Under the pieces are notes generated by a model that was not told the DNA's origin, made no database searches, and saw nothing but the letters and a program-made list of their open reading frames with translations. This document shows, piece after piece, positions 9,268 through 18,948 of a DNA stretch of 64,000 nt (position 1 is its first letter; the number at the start of each line of letters is the position of its first letter). Source of the DNA: an uncultured Ruminococcus sp. (GTDB lineage Bacteria; Bacillota; Clostridia; Oscillospirales; Ruminococcaceae). The translations under genes and the position numbers were made by a program. Where the stretch lies: contig CALGTV010000038.1 in NCBI GenBank assembly GCA_937902395.1, positions 808-64,807 on the forward strand, given 5' to 3'.

Positions 9268-9368
9268 GGCAGATGTGACGAAGGGGTAACGTGGTCGTGG
9301 ATACGTGATTAAGTCCGTTTAATGGGGTATCTGCGGCGATTTCGTGGGTTCAATTCCCACCATCTGCC
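9268..9368 (+). ncRNA. tRNA-like RNA (tRNA-His-like body) with a 44-nt hairpin replacing the anticodon arm
   Basis: Acceptor GGCAGATG/CATCTGCC; U8-G9; D arm ACG-AAGGGGTAA-CGT; T arm GTGGG-TTCAATT-CCCAC; extended arm 9294-9337; followed by terminator. Confidence 0.7.
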
Positions 9369-9374
9369 TCTAAA

Positions 9375-9418
9375 AAAATCCAGAGAAGATTTGATATCCT
9401 CTCTGGATTTTCTTTTTT
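9375..9418. terminator. Bidirectional intrinsic terminator
   Basis: AAAATCCAGAGA..TCTCTGGATTTT with T-tract 3' and A-tract 5'. Confidence 0.8.
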
Positions 9419-9452
9419 GAATAGTATTATAAAACTCCATTAGCTAAAGGCT

Positions 9453-9959
9453 TTATTTAACATATACTCCCACAATTTCCGCAATATAAGCGCGGTGATA
9501 AGGGTCTTTACCGAAAAACTGTGCAGGGATACCGTCATCAGTAAGGAATCCGCTTTCCTGCATATCGTATGAATAGAGCTTACGGCAAACAAGAACGAGG
9601 TCAGCCTGTTCAATACCTACAGCACCCTGTAAATCAGCAGGAGAAAGACCGGTTTCAGCCATTTTATCGCAGTCACGACCGGAGTGAGAGCCGCAGAAAG
9701 CTAAAGCCTTGCGGTATTCCTCGCCCAAGAAAGAAGCTGTGAAAAGCTCGCCTTTTTCCACAAAATCGTATGTGTGGCGATTTGGACGGATATAGCAGGT
9801 CAGAACATTCTTGTTCCAAAGAACGCCAAGCTGTCCCCATGAAGCAGTCATAGTGTTAAAGCTGTCCATTGTGCCGCCTGTAAGGAGCATCCACTCCTTG
9901 CCGATTTTATCAAATGGATTGAAAGAAAGCTCTGATAATTCAATTTTTCTGAAAGACAT
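9453..9959 (-). CDS. Flavin reductase-like FMN-binding protein
   Basis: NTMTASWG, IRP.R.T, CGS.SGRD.DK motifs. Confidence 0.9.
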   Translation of the reverse strand: MSFRKIELSELSFNPFDKIGKEWMLLTGGTMDSFNTMTASWGQLGVLWNKNVLTCYIRPNRHTYDFVEKGELFTASFLGEEYRKALAFCGSHSGRDCDKMAETGLSPADLQGAVGIEQADLVLVCRKLYSYDMQESGFLTDDGIPAQFFGKDPYHRAYIAEIVGVYVK

Positions 9960-9970
9960 AATAATTCTCC

Positions 9971-10726
9971 TTAATGGTTTCTTAATACTGATTTATAACG
10001 CAGTCGTAATTTATCCGTGATAAGAGCAATAAATTCCGAATTGGTAGGCTTGCCCTTACATGTATCTACGGTGTAGCCAAAGAACGAGTTGAGAGTATCA
10101 ACATTTCCTCTGTCCCACGCGATTTCAATAGCATGACGTATTGCTCGCTCGACTCGTGAGGAGGTAGTATCGTATGTATTGGCAACTGTTGGATAAAGCA
10201 TTTTAGTGACGCTTTCAAGAAGCGCCTTGTCTTCGATTGAGTAGAGTATAGCCGATCTCAGATAGTGATAGCCCTTGATATGAGCAGGAACACCAAGCTG
10301 ATGAATGATATCGGTTATAACGATTTCCATATCGTCGCTTACGCTGTTGGCTCTGTCGCCAAGAGCAGAAGATATGGCATTAAAAAGGTCATCTGCATCA
10401 CAGGGTTTTAAAAGGAATTTAGAACAGCCGTTTTCCATAACCTGACGTTCAATAAATTCGTTGTCAAACTCTGATGTTACGATAAATGCAGGGAATTTAA
10501 CTCCAAGCTCTCTGACTTTTTTCATAATAGAAACAGCGTCGCCGTTCTGCGCCGTAACATCGAGAACAGCAACATCAGGGGGATCATTTCGGATAGACTC
10601 AACAATCACATTGAAGTCCTTTTTTCTGGTGTAAGCATACATCCCCTTTTCTCTGAGCTTGTTTGCCATGCTTACACCTGTGTTGGCTTGGTCGTCGCCG
10701 ATCAGTACCTTTATTTTGTTGTTCAT
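9971..10726 (-). CDS. spo0A: Sporulation master regulator Spo0A
   Basis: Receiver domain plus [33 protein letters not shown] effector domain. Confidence 0.95.
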   Translation of the reverse strand: MNNKIKVLIGDDQANTGVSMANKLREKGMYAYTRKKDFNVIVESIRNDPPDVAVLDVTAQNGDAVSIMKKVRELGVKFPAFIVTSEFDNEFIERQVMENGCSKFLLKPCDADDLFNAISSALGDRANSVSDDMEIVITDIIHQLGVPAHIKGYHYLRSAILYSIEDKALLESVTKMLYPTVANTYDTTSSRVERAIRHAIEIAWDRGNVDTLNSFFGYTVDTCKGKPTNSEFIALITDKLRLRYKSVLRNH

Positions 10727-11063
10727 TGCTTTTTCCTCCGTAGTGAAAAATTTTAAATCATGTCAAATTTTCTGTAATCGTTAAAGAACACTGTGAATCT
10801 AATAAGGGTTTTAGCAAACATAATCTATAGGTTATCCAACGTGTCGCTTTAAATCGAAAAACCATTAATTCAACAAGTCAATTTTATCACAAACAAAGGC
10901 AAAATACCAACGATATAATTTTTGTTTTTTTAGAATCCTCAATCGAAAAATACAATCTTTTTTAAAAGTTTAAATTTATCGTCGATACATGAACAAATGA
11001 CCATATATAGCTGTTTTTCTTGTAGGGAAATCTGTATTTTTCGTCGGATTTGTCTGGTAATGT

Positions 11064-12371
11064 CTATTTCTTTCTCCGTTTCATTTTAAACAGCATACCG
11101 TCAGCTATATTACGTACTCTCGTACCCGGAGGGAACATTTTATCCGCAAATTTTTCAAGGCTGTTCTGTTCTGTAGGGCGGTCAAATTTCGGGGGCGCAG
11201 GCGCGTCGGTAATTGATTCCTTCCACGTATTATGGGCATTTTTTTCCATACTGCCTTTCAGCAGTCCCACATCCATTGCGCCGCCGTGAGCTGTGAGCAG
11301 TTTTAAGGGCAATTCAAATCCCTTGTTATTGAGCTTTCCGGCGATATCATCGGAATGACGGCGATAGAGCTCAAGAAAATCCTCTCCGCCCCGACGCATT
11401 TCGTCATTTTCAGCAATAGCATATAAAACGACTCTTTCTCTGTCGGACAATAGTGAAATATCAGCTATTTCGCAGCAGCCGTACACAATAAATCCCAGTA
11501 TATAGGCATTTCCGCAGAAATCGCTCTGTACAGCTTTATTTCGGGGAATGTCGAAAATATAAGCTGAATAAATACCAAGCGCCATATGAAGTCCCAGATA
11601 ATCTGCGGAATCGTAGTCAAAAATACGTTCAGACTGAACAAAACCGCGGATTCTGCCCGATTTTATCATATTTGCCCTGACATCTGCAAGAAGCAGAGCT
11701 TTTGCACCTTTTAAAATAGGAGTTTCCACATCTGCGGCAATATCGCCGCCAATATGAATATGCGCAGAGGGAGAAGCCTTGCCTTTTTTCAGAATTGTGC
11801 TGAAAATCGAATCATTTCTGTTTTCGCCGCTGTCGATTTCGTTGGAAATCAGCAGCTTTCCGCTGATTCCGCACTTTTCCATAACAGCAAGAACAGTTTC
11901 GCGTGGATATATGGTATCTGCAATAATAACGATATTTTTCCCTTTTCCAACGGCAGTATCAAGGAGTTTTTTTCCGAAAGCTCTTGGAAATGCAAGGCTT
12001 TCCACAAGCTCACATTCACGTTTTATAAGGGAATCCCGAACATCGTCTGAGATTTTAGCTTTTTTCGCCAGAACAGTGTATATCTCGCTGATTGTAACGG
12101 AGCATTTGCCTGTATTACGTCGTTTCGCCTCAGCCTCAGCCTCGATTCGCAGGTCTGAAAAACTGTATTTCGGGGTGTTTATATTATTAAATTCTGACGA
12201 AATTGTATAAATTATATCGTTATTTTCTGAAAAGGGAAGAAGAACAAGAGTATCAAACAGCTTGAAGCTTACAGTTTTAATGGCGGAATCGCTTACAGCA
12301 GAGGTCATCTTGTCGAAAACTTCACGCTGTTCTCTCGTCATGGGGATATTAATTCTGAAATCGTTGTTCAA
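11064..12371 (-). CDS. HAD-like hydrolase homolog with degenerate catalytic motifs
   Basis: SFKLFDTL (cf. SFDxFDTL), IADTIYP, HIGGD..AD. Confidence 0.65.
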   Translation of the reverse strand: MNNDFRINIPMTREQREVFDKMTSAVSDSAIKTVSFKLFDTLVLLPFSENNDIIYTISSEFNNINTPKYSFSDLRIEAEAEAKRRNTGKCSVTISEIYTVLAKKAKISDDVRDSLIKRECELVESLAFPRAFGKKLLDTAVGKGKNIVIIADTIYPRETVLAVMEKCGISGKLLISNEIDSGENRNDSIFSTILKKGKASPSAHIHIGGDIAADVETPILKGAKALLLADVRANMIKSGRIRGFVQSERIFDYDSADYLGLHMALGIYSAYIFDIPRNKAVQSDFCGNAYILGFIVYGCCEIADISLLSDRERVVLYAIAENDEMRRGGEDFLELYRRHSDDIAGKLNNKGFELPLKLLTAHGGAMDVGLLKGSMEKNAHNTWKESITDAPAPPKFDRPTEQNSLEKFADKMFPPGTRVRNIADGMLFKMKRRKK

Positions 12372-12384
12372 TATATCATCTCCT

Positions 12385-14175
12385 TTACCATACAGCAGCA
12401 GTAGTTTCGGTATAAGCTGTAGTATCAGATGTATTTGTGGAATCTGTTGAAATCTCCGTTGTTGCCGCTGTAGTTACACTTTCATCGTACTGAGGTACAA
12501 GCTTTTCGCCGCCGCGGAGTATAGTATACTCGTCAAGGGTAAGCACTCCGTCAGAATTGTAATTCTTGATAAAGGAATCCTTTTTGCTGTAAATCTCCGA
12601 GAAATTTCCCTCGTCGTCGTGGAGATACTTGCCATACCACAAGCCGAAGAAAGACCACACGGAATTATCGCGGAATGACATATCGGTATCAGGGAGGGTA
12701 CTGCATTCGCTGAGAGCAATCAGCTTTTCTTTTCCTACTATATTCTGAAGTGCAAGGAACTGTTCATATCTGCTGCCGAATTCCTTTTCCGGTGAAAGGT
12801 AAATATCAAGGGAAGCGATATCGAAAGTATCCTTATCCACAAGAGTTTTTTCGCTCTGACCGTTCCATACCCAGATGAGATTATCCAGCTGGAAATATTC
12901 GGTATATCGAGTATACATCAGATTCCAGAGCCATTTGTAGTCTCTGACAGAGCTTGCACCCCACCAGAACCAGTCGCCCGAAGCCTCGTGGAGAGGTCGC
13001 CAGAGAACAGGCACGCCCTTATTTTTAAGGGACATAAGCTGACCTGCCATATTGTCGAGGTCAAGAATTATGCCGTAGCACTGCTCGGAAATTTTACCCT
13101 CGCCGTAAAGACCGCGTATTTCCTCCTGAGAAAGCTTTGCAATGTCAATATCCGTAACAGCCTCGGAGAGCTTGAAATCCGTTTCCTTAGCGTATACCGA
13201 AGGCTTTTTGGAGGGAGCTTCCCAGTACCACATAAGACCGACTATACCGCCGCGGAAATACCAATCTGCACAAGCGTCGATATCCTTGAATGTGCTGTCG
13301 AAGCTGCTGCCTGAGTTATGCATAGCGGAAAAGCGTATAACAGGATATTTTCCCGTAGTCTGATAAATCAGGTCAAGCTCCTTGTTTGTCTCATCTGAGG
13401 CATACTGTCCCGTAATGGTGTATTTGCCGTAGTTTTCGGTGAGAAAGCTCATAAGCTCCTTTGCGGATTCTCCTGCTTCCTTGTTGGAGAGGTTGCTGTC
13501 AGCGTCGTATTTTATAGCGCTGAGGGAGGTATTATTGGACAATTTAAGGTAGTCAAGCTTCATATCGCCGTCAAGAGCGCGAAGCTCAATGGAAGTTTTG
13601 CCCTTTGTGAGAAATACGCCGTAAAGAGTAATGAGCGTAAATTCGCCGTCCTTGACAGTACTGAATGCAGCCGTTTCCTTGTCGTTGACGGAAACTCGGC
13701 AATTTACCGCTTTATCCGAAGCAATACTGAATGAAAGGTCATAATGCTGATTGCTTGGTGCGTCGATTTCAAAAACAACATATGAACTTCCGTCGTTTTT
13801 GAAGCCTCTTACGTAGCCGTCACCGCTGTAGTGCTTGCCGCTTATGGCAATATCGCCGCTTTCATCTGTTGTATCCTGCTTTTTCTCGGGAATAGTATCA
13901 TCAAATACAAGTCCCTCAGTCATGAGAGCGTCCTCAGCCTCGTAGACATTGCCCATTGGCTTTTTTTCGATTACAGGATATGTTACAGGATAATCGGGGT
14001 ATGTCTCCACAGGAATGGTTGTAACAGCCGTTTCTGTGACAGTCGTTGTCGTTTCAACTTCAACTGTGGATACATTTTGGCTTGAAACTTTTTTATCCTT
14101 GCTGTCGCAGGCGGCAAGAGCCGCCGTCGCCACAGCCGCCGCCGTACAGAATGTCAGCGCTTTTTTTATTATCAT
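12385..14175 (-). CDS. GH26 beta-mannanase lipoprotein with CBM35-like module
   Basis: Start refined to ATG 14175 (GGAGG RBS); lipobox LAAC; Thr-rich linker; YEAEDA..YSG.GYV (CBM35/6); WRPLHEASGDWFWWG acid/base and ALSE nucleophile. Confidence 0.9.
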   Translation of the reverse strand: MIIKKALTFCTAAAVATAALAACDSKDKKVSSQNVSTVEVETTTTVTETAVTTIPVETYPDYPVTYPVIEKKPMGNVYEAEDALMTEGLVFDDTIPEKKQDTTDESGDIAISGKHYSGDGYVRGFKNDGSSYVVFEIDAPSNQHYDLSFSIASDKAVNCRVSVNDKETAAFSTVKDGEFTLITLYGVFLTKGKTSIELRALDGDMKLDYLKLSNNTSLSAIKYDADSNLSNKEAGESAKELMSFLTENYGKYTITGQYASDETNKELDLIYQTTGKYPVIRFSAMHNSGSSFDSTFKDIDACADWYFRGGIVGLMWYWEAPSKKPSVYAKETDFKLSEAVTDIDIAKLSQEEIRGLYGEGKISEQCYGIILDLDNMAGQLMSLKNKGVPVLWRPLHEASGDWFWWGASSVRDYKWLWNLMYTRYTEYFQLDNLIWVWNGQSEKTLVDKDTFDIASLDIYLSPEKEFGSRYEQFLALQNIVGKEKLIALSECSTLPDTDMSFRDNSVWSFFGLWYGKYLHDDEGNFSEIYSKKDSFIKNYNSDGVLTLDEYTILRGGEKLVPQYDESVTTAATTEISTDSTNTSDTTAYTETTAAVW

Positions 14176-14194
14176 GTCAATTATCCTCCGCTGT

Positions 14195-16510
14195 TCAGGT
14201 AATGATTGTGTATTTTTCGCCCTCTGTAGTATCAAATATAATAACTCCGTCCTCAATACGCGAATTTACGGTATTTTCGCCGCATATTACGCTGGCGGTG
14301 CAGTTTGTTCTGATACGGCATTCAGAGCCGTTGAGGGAAATTATTTCAGCTTTTTTCAGCTTGTTTTTCTCCCAGCTGATGTTGATTTCAAATCCGCCTT
14401 TTGCCTTGATTCCGCGTATACTTCCCTCGCTCCATTCGTCTGGGAGAGCAGGAAGAAACGTGATATTTCCGTCAGTGCACTGGAGCAGAGCCTCGGTAAT
14501 TGCGGCAGTACCGCCTAAATTTCCGTCAATGCGGAAATGAGGCTGTTTATTGAGCAGATTGGGATATGTTGAATGTGTAATAAGCTTTTTGATATTTTCA
14601 TATACCATATTTCCGTCATAAAGACGCGCCCACATATTCGTAATCCATGCACAGCTCCAGCCTGTATGACCGCCGCCGTGTACAAGTCGGCGCACAAGTG
14701 TGGCTCTTGCAGCATCGGCAAGCTTAGGAGTTTTTGCGGGAGTTATAAGGTCAGCAGGGTGCAGGGCGAAAAGCTGAGATACATGGCGATGTCCTGCCTC
14801 AACCTCGTCGTAGTCAACAGCCCATTCCTTAATCTGTCCATATCTTCCGGTTTCAGGCTTGGGCAGACGTTCAAGGAGAGCTTTCAGCTTATCTGAAAAT
14901 GCGCTGTCTCTGCCGAGAATTTCAGCCGCCTTTATAACATTGTTGAAAAGTACAGTGATAATCTGGGAATCCATAGAGGGTCCCATGCAAAGAGAGCCCA
15001 TAACGCCCTTGTCAGTGCGGTATGTATTTTCGGGGGAAACTGAGGGTGATGTTACAAGTCTGCCCTCGCTGTCCTCAATAAGAAATTCTGTGAAAAATTC
15101 TGCAGCCTCTTTCATAATGTGATACTTTTCTTCAAGAAATTCACGGTCAAGGGTGTACTCATAATGCTCGAAGATATGGAGTGCAAGCCATGCGCCCCCT
15201 GTTACCCATATAGTTGAGGGAATCCACATATCCTGCGGCGCTGTATCGCCCCATATATCAGTGTTGTGATGACATACAAAGCCCTTTTCAATACCGTACA
15301 TTTCTCTTGCGGTAATACGTCCGTTTTCGCAGATACGCTCAAGCAAATCGAACAAAGGGAGGTGACATTCTGAGAGATTACAGCTTTCAGCGCACCAGTA
15401 GTTCATTTCCGTGTCGATATTAAGAGCATAGCGGCTTCCAAGAAATGCCTGCATATCCTCATTCCAGATACCCTGCATATTGGCAGGCTGTGTACCTGCA
15501 CGGCTTGCGGATATCATGAGATATCTGCCGTAGTTGAAATACAGCTCAATCAGCTTGTTATCGTGGATAAGACGTTCACAATCGGTGCTGTCCATTATAT
15601 CGCCTTTAAGACGGGTAAGACGGCGGTCTGTGGAAAATCCGCTGAGATTTTCGCCGCTGTTGTCGTTGAGTGTAAGCTCTACGCGGTCGAAAAGCTCTTT
15701 ATAGTCGGAAACATGGCGGTAATAAAGCTCATCATAGGAGCAGTCAAGAGCCATTTCTGCGTCAACTTCTGCGGATTCTGCATAATTTTCGGTGTAGAAG
15801 CTTGTTCGCGCAGAGAGTACAAGCATAACTGAATTTGCGTTTTTAATTGAAATTTTATTGCCGATAGTGCACACTTCGCCGCCCTCAGCCTTTGCGCCGA
15901 GACAAGCCGCAAAGAATATTCCGTCGGAGCTGCCTGTGCCTCCTGTGAAAATCAGCATATTATCAGCACATGGGCGATTTTCGTCGTAGTAGTCGTCACG
16001 TCCGCCAAGACCGCAGGTCAGATTAATGCTGTTGAGGGTATCGCTGTGGATATCAATTACCATTACCTGATCGGGCGCAGAGCAGAAAACATTTCTGGTA
16101 TACATTACGCCGTTAGCGGTAAAGCTTACTCCTGTTACAGCGGTGGATATATCGAGAATACGGGAATATTCACGCACCTTGCCTCCGATATCCATAGATA
16201 TCGTCAGGTCGCAGAGGGGCATATACCTACGCATATTTTCGGGAACTCCCTGCATCTTTTCAAAAGCTTTTTTTTCAGCGGCGGGAATATCTCCTTGCCG
16301 CAGAAGCTCGCGGACTTCTGCCAATCCCTCTTTTGCGTTGGGGTTGATACGGTGGCGGAGACCGCCTGACCAGACGGAATCTTCGTTGATACGGATAAGC
16401 TCATCTGCGGCTTTTCCGTAGACCATACCGCCGATTCTGCCGTTTCCTACGGGAAGTGCCTCGCCAAAATCCGAAGCAGGTGATTTGTATTTGATTAAAG
16501 TTTCTGACAT
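14195..16510 (-). CDS. GH95 alpha-L-fucosidase/alpha-L-galactosidase family glycosidase
   Basis: EALPVGNGRIG, NYGRYLMIS, QGIWN, EMNYW, SPEN, HRHVSQL, GWS.AW, IDGN.G motifs; no signal peptide. Confidence 0.92.
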   Translation of the reverse strand: MSETLIKYKSPASDFGEALPVGNGRIGGMVYGKAADELIRINEDSVWSGGLRHRINPNAKEGLAEVRELLRQGDIPAAEKKAFEKMQGVPENMRRYMPLCDLTISMDIGGKVREYSRILDISTAVTGVSFTANGVMYTRNVFCSAPDQVMVIDIHSDTLNSINLTCGLGGRDDYYDENRPCADNMLIFTGGTGSSDGIFFAACLGAKAEGGEVCTIGNKISIKNANSVMLVLSARTSFYTENYAESAEVDAEMALDCSYDELYYRHVSDYKELFDRVELTLNDNSGENLSGFSTDRRLTRLKGDIMDSTDCERLIHDNKLIELYFNYGRYLMISASRAGTQPANMQGIWNEDMQAFLGSRYALNIDTEMNYWCAESCNLSECHLPLFDLLERICENGRITAREMYGIEKGFVCHHNTDIWGDTAPQDMWIPSTIWVTGGAWLALHIFEHYEYTLDREFLEEKYHIMKEAAEFFTEFLIEDSEGRLVTSPSVSPENTYRTDKGVMGSLCMGPSMDSQIITVLFNNVIKAAEILGRDSAFSDKLKALLERLPKPETGRYGQIKEWAVDYDEVEAGHRHVSQLFALHPADLITPAKTPKLADAARATLVRRLVHGGGHTGWSCAWITNMWARLYDGNMVYENIKKLITHSTYPNLLNKQPHFRIDGNLGGTAAITEALLQCTDGNITFLPALPDEWSEGSIRGIKAKGGFEINISWEKNKLKKAEIISLNGSECRIRTNCTASVICGENTVNSRIEDGVIIFDTTEGEKYTIIT

Positions 16511-16871
16511 AAAATTCTCCTGAACCGTAGTTCATCGGGTGGATACAGATATACACTGTAATTATATCATATTTCACAATAAAATGCAACTGCCACAGAA
16601 AATCAAATAGTTTTATGATTCTTAATTCTGAATTCAAAATTCATAATTTGAAACAACCCCTTTCACTAATAGGCGAAAATGAGCCTTTTTCCAACGGAAA
16701 AACATTGATTATTGAAAAATAATTTTTATTTTCTACTTTTTCACTAATCATCAACAGGTTAAATTGTGCATTAACAATAAAATTTACAGTTATATCTTTT
16801 GCAATAAATAGTTATATATTATTAAAATAAAGTTTTGAAATTTGTTGTTTTTTCAATAATATAAATTTTAA

Positions 16872-16923
16872 GGAAACGCTGTCTCTGGACTCTGCTAAAG
16901 GGCTTTGCCCTTTAGAATCCCAT
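16872..16923 (-). repeat. Partial inverted copy of GGGATTCTAAAGGG repeat family
   Basis: Reverse complement reads ATGGGATTCTAAAGGGCAAAGCCCTTTAGCAGAGTCCAGAGACAGCG, with compensatory change in the stem. Confidence 0.75.
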
Positions 16924-17030
16924 TATATTTATAATTTTTCGACAACTACTTATTTTATTTACTTACGAAATTTTTACACATACTTGACAAATTCACCTGT
17001 TTAATACTATAATTATTGTGGGTGATATTT

Positions 17031-17879
17031 ATGTTTAATCAGGCTGAAAATTCAATCTGCTGTGAGTTCGGCAGAAAAATATGGACCAAATTCCGTCGCG
17101 GTGTTCGGGATTACAAACTCATAAACAGCGGTGATAAAATTGCTGTGTGTATCTCCGGCGGTAAGGATTCTATCCTTATGGCTCTCTGCATAAGACGGCT
17201 TCAACGCAATGGCGAAATCCCCTTTGATGCGGAATATATTGTCATGGACCCCGGTTATAGTCCCGAAAATGCCCAAAAAATAAAGGAAAATTGCAGTGCC
17301 CTCGACCTGCCTGTTTCCTTTTATAAAACAAATATATTCGATTCTGCGGAAAAATCTCCGAAAAATCCCTGCTTTCTCTGCTCCCGTCTGAGACGTGGCT
17401 GGCTGTACAAAAAGGCGCAGGAGCTCGGCTGTAATAAAATCGCGCTGGGTCATCATTTCGATGATGTCATTGAAACGATTCTCATGGGTATGCTCTACGG
17501 CTCGCAGATGCAGACTATGATGCCTAAACTTCATTCCGAAAATTACAGCGGAATGGAACTTATCCGCCCTCTGTATCTCGTCCGCGAGGCTGATATTGTG
17601 GAATGGACAGAATTTAATAATTTGTCATTTATCCGCTGTGCCTGCTCGATGTCGGAAAAAACTGAACAGGGCTCTAAACGGGCGGAAATTAAAGCTCTCC
17701 TTGTACAGCTGAGAAAAACTAATCCTGCTGTTGATATGAATATTTTCAGAAGTGCGGAAAATGTAAATCTCCAAACACTGATTTCCTATCATATCGGGGA
17801 AAATCGTCACCATTTCCTCGACGATTACGAAAATGGGTTGACTATACGTGGAAATAAGAACTCCGCCTGCAAGCTGTAA
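17031..17879 (+). CDS. ttcA: tRNA 2-thiocytidine biosynthesis TtcA-family protein
   Basis: SGGKDS PP-loop, CFLC..RRG, GHH.DD, IRPL; TTGACA-type promoter at ~16984. Confidence 0.85.
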   Translation: MFNQAENSICCEFGRKIWTKFRRGVRDYKLINSGDKIAVCISGGKDSILMALCIRRLQRNGEIPFDAEYIVMDPGYSPENAQKIKENCSALDLPVSFYKTNIFDSAEKSPKNPCFLCSRLRRGWLYKKAQELGCNKIALGHHFDDVIETILMGMLYGSQMQTMMPKLHSENYSGMELIRPLYLVREADIVEWTEFNNLSFIRCACSMSEKTEQGSKRAEIKALLVQLRKTNPAVDMNIFRSAENVNLQTLISYHIGENRHHFLDDYENGLTIRGNKNSACKL

Positions 17880-17902
17880 TGCCTGCATGGCGGAGTTTTC
17901 TT

Positions 17903-18295
17903 TTATGCAATGCTTCTAATAAGACTGAATATCAATGCCGAAAATAAAGCAAATATTATTAACGCAATGACAATTGCCACAAGTGACAGGATAAGTCTTG
18001 CTTTTGCATAGTTCTTTACAGATTCATCTTCTGAAAAAATAAGCATTATTAAAAGTCCTATCAATGGTATCATTTCCAACAGCTGCCAGCCTATCCAGCT
18101 AAGCGTTGAAACCGGCTTTTCACTGTTGGTTATCGGTGTATATGAATAATTTTTATTTTCAGTATTTCCATTCATAAAATCGGTGTTGTACTGAGGTGTT
18201 CCGCTGTGATTCCGTGTTCTTGCGGTGGACGTCGCTCCGCAGTATTCGCAGCAGTTCCCCGTATATTCTGCGCCGCAATTGTGACATTTTGCCAT
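17903..18295 (-). CDS. Zinc-ribbon membrane protein
   Basis: C..CGA....C.YCG N-terminus, two C-terminal TM helices, N+AKA motif. Confidence 0.75.
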   Translation of the reverse strand: MAKCHNCGAEYTGNCCEYCGATSTARTRNHSGTPQYNTDFMNGNTENKNYSYTPITNSEKPVSTLSWIGWQLLEMIPLIGLLIMLIFSEDESVKNYAKARLILSLVAIVIALIIFALFSALIFSLIRSIA

Positions 18296-18422
18296 AAATT
18301 TTTTCTCCTTATATCATTTATTATTTGGTTCCCCATTCTCACATTATAGCATATCTTTCCGTATTTTGCAATAGCTGATTTGTGAATTTTATGAAATTTA
18401 TTTTGTGCCTTTATAACTTTAT

Positions 18423-18548
18423 GCACAGTAAACTTGTCATTTTCTGCCAAGTTTATTGTGCAAAATATAGATTTGCAAAGTTTTGTTGGCAAAACTGTTG
18501 ACAAGTTTACTTGGCTATGGTATACTAATCTTGTCAAGAAAACTTGGC
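18423..18548 (+). promoter_or_regulatory. Sigma-A promoter overlapped by repeated palindromic operators
   Basis: TTGACA 18498-17bp-TATACT 18521; operators GACAAGTTTACTTGGC (18500), GTCAAGAAAACTTGGC (18533) and weaker copies at 18423, 18446, 18475. Confidence 0.7.
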
Positions 18549-18603
18549 AAGATGTTCGGACATATATAATTATAAATCAAAAAATGATATGGAGGAAAAC
18601 ACT

Positions 18604-18933
18604 ATGGAAAAAGAAAAAATTCTTGAAATGAGCAGACAGGAAAATAAGGACAAGGATTTATACGAGCTTGAAATAAACAAAAAAGCAGGTTACACAGCAT
18701 TAGGTTCAATTATTATATTTTATACGCTGCTTTTTTTTCTTAATTTCATTGCAGGAAATGGTTATAGCCTTTTATTATATACGCCTGTTGCAATTTTCAA
18801 TGCTGTTTTATATACTTTCAAATACAAAAAAACAGAAGAAAATAAAAAGACAAACAGATTTGCTATGATATGCTGGACAATTACTGCTGCTATTGGTGTT
18901 TTCGGTTCTATAGCTGAAATATTTATAAAGTAA
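18604..18933 (+). CDS. DUF6442-like small membrane protein (paralog 1)
   Basis: MEKEKILEMSRQEN..D.YE N-terminus, 3 TM; GGAGG RBS. Confidence 0.75.
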   Translation: MEKEKILEMSRQENKDKDLYELEINKKAGYTALGSIIIFYTLLFFLNFIAGNGYSLLLYTPVAIFNAVLYTFKYKKTEENKKTNRFAMICWTITAAIGVFGSIAEIFIK

Positions 18934-18948
18934 AGGGAGGAATTTATT

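Noticed and set aside
9268..9368. Selenocysteine tRNA or UGA suppressor explaining the TGA at 2104
   Set aside because: It has an 8/5 acceptor/T fold but no TCA anticodon, no 6-bp D stem and no long variable arm; no sel genes are in the window.
9971..10726. Inactive Spo0A receiver domain
   Set aside because: The sequence around the phosphosite is divergent, but the acidic pair, the Asp, the Thr/Ser and the Lys-Pro are all retained.
10998..11014. NrdR box-like GACCATATATAGCTG
   Set aside because: It is a single weak copy and is not upstream of a ribonucleotide reductase gene.
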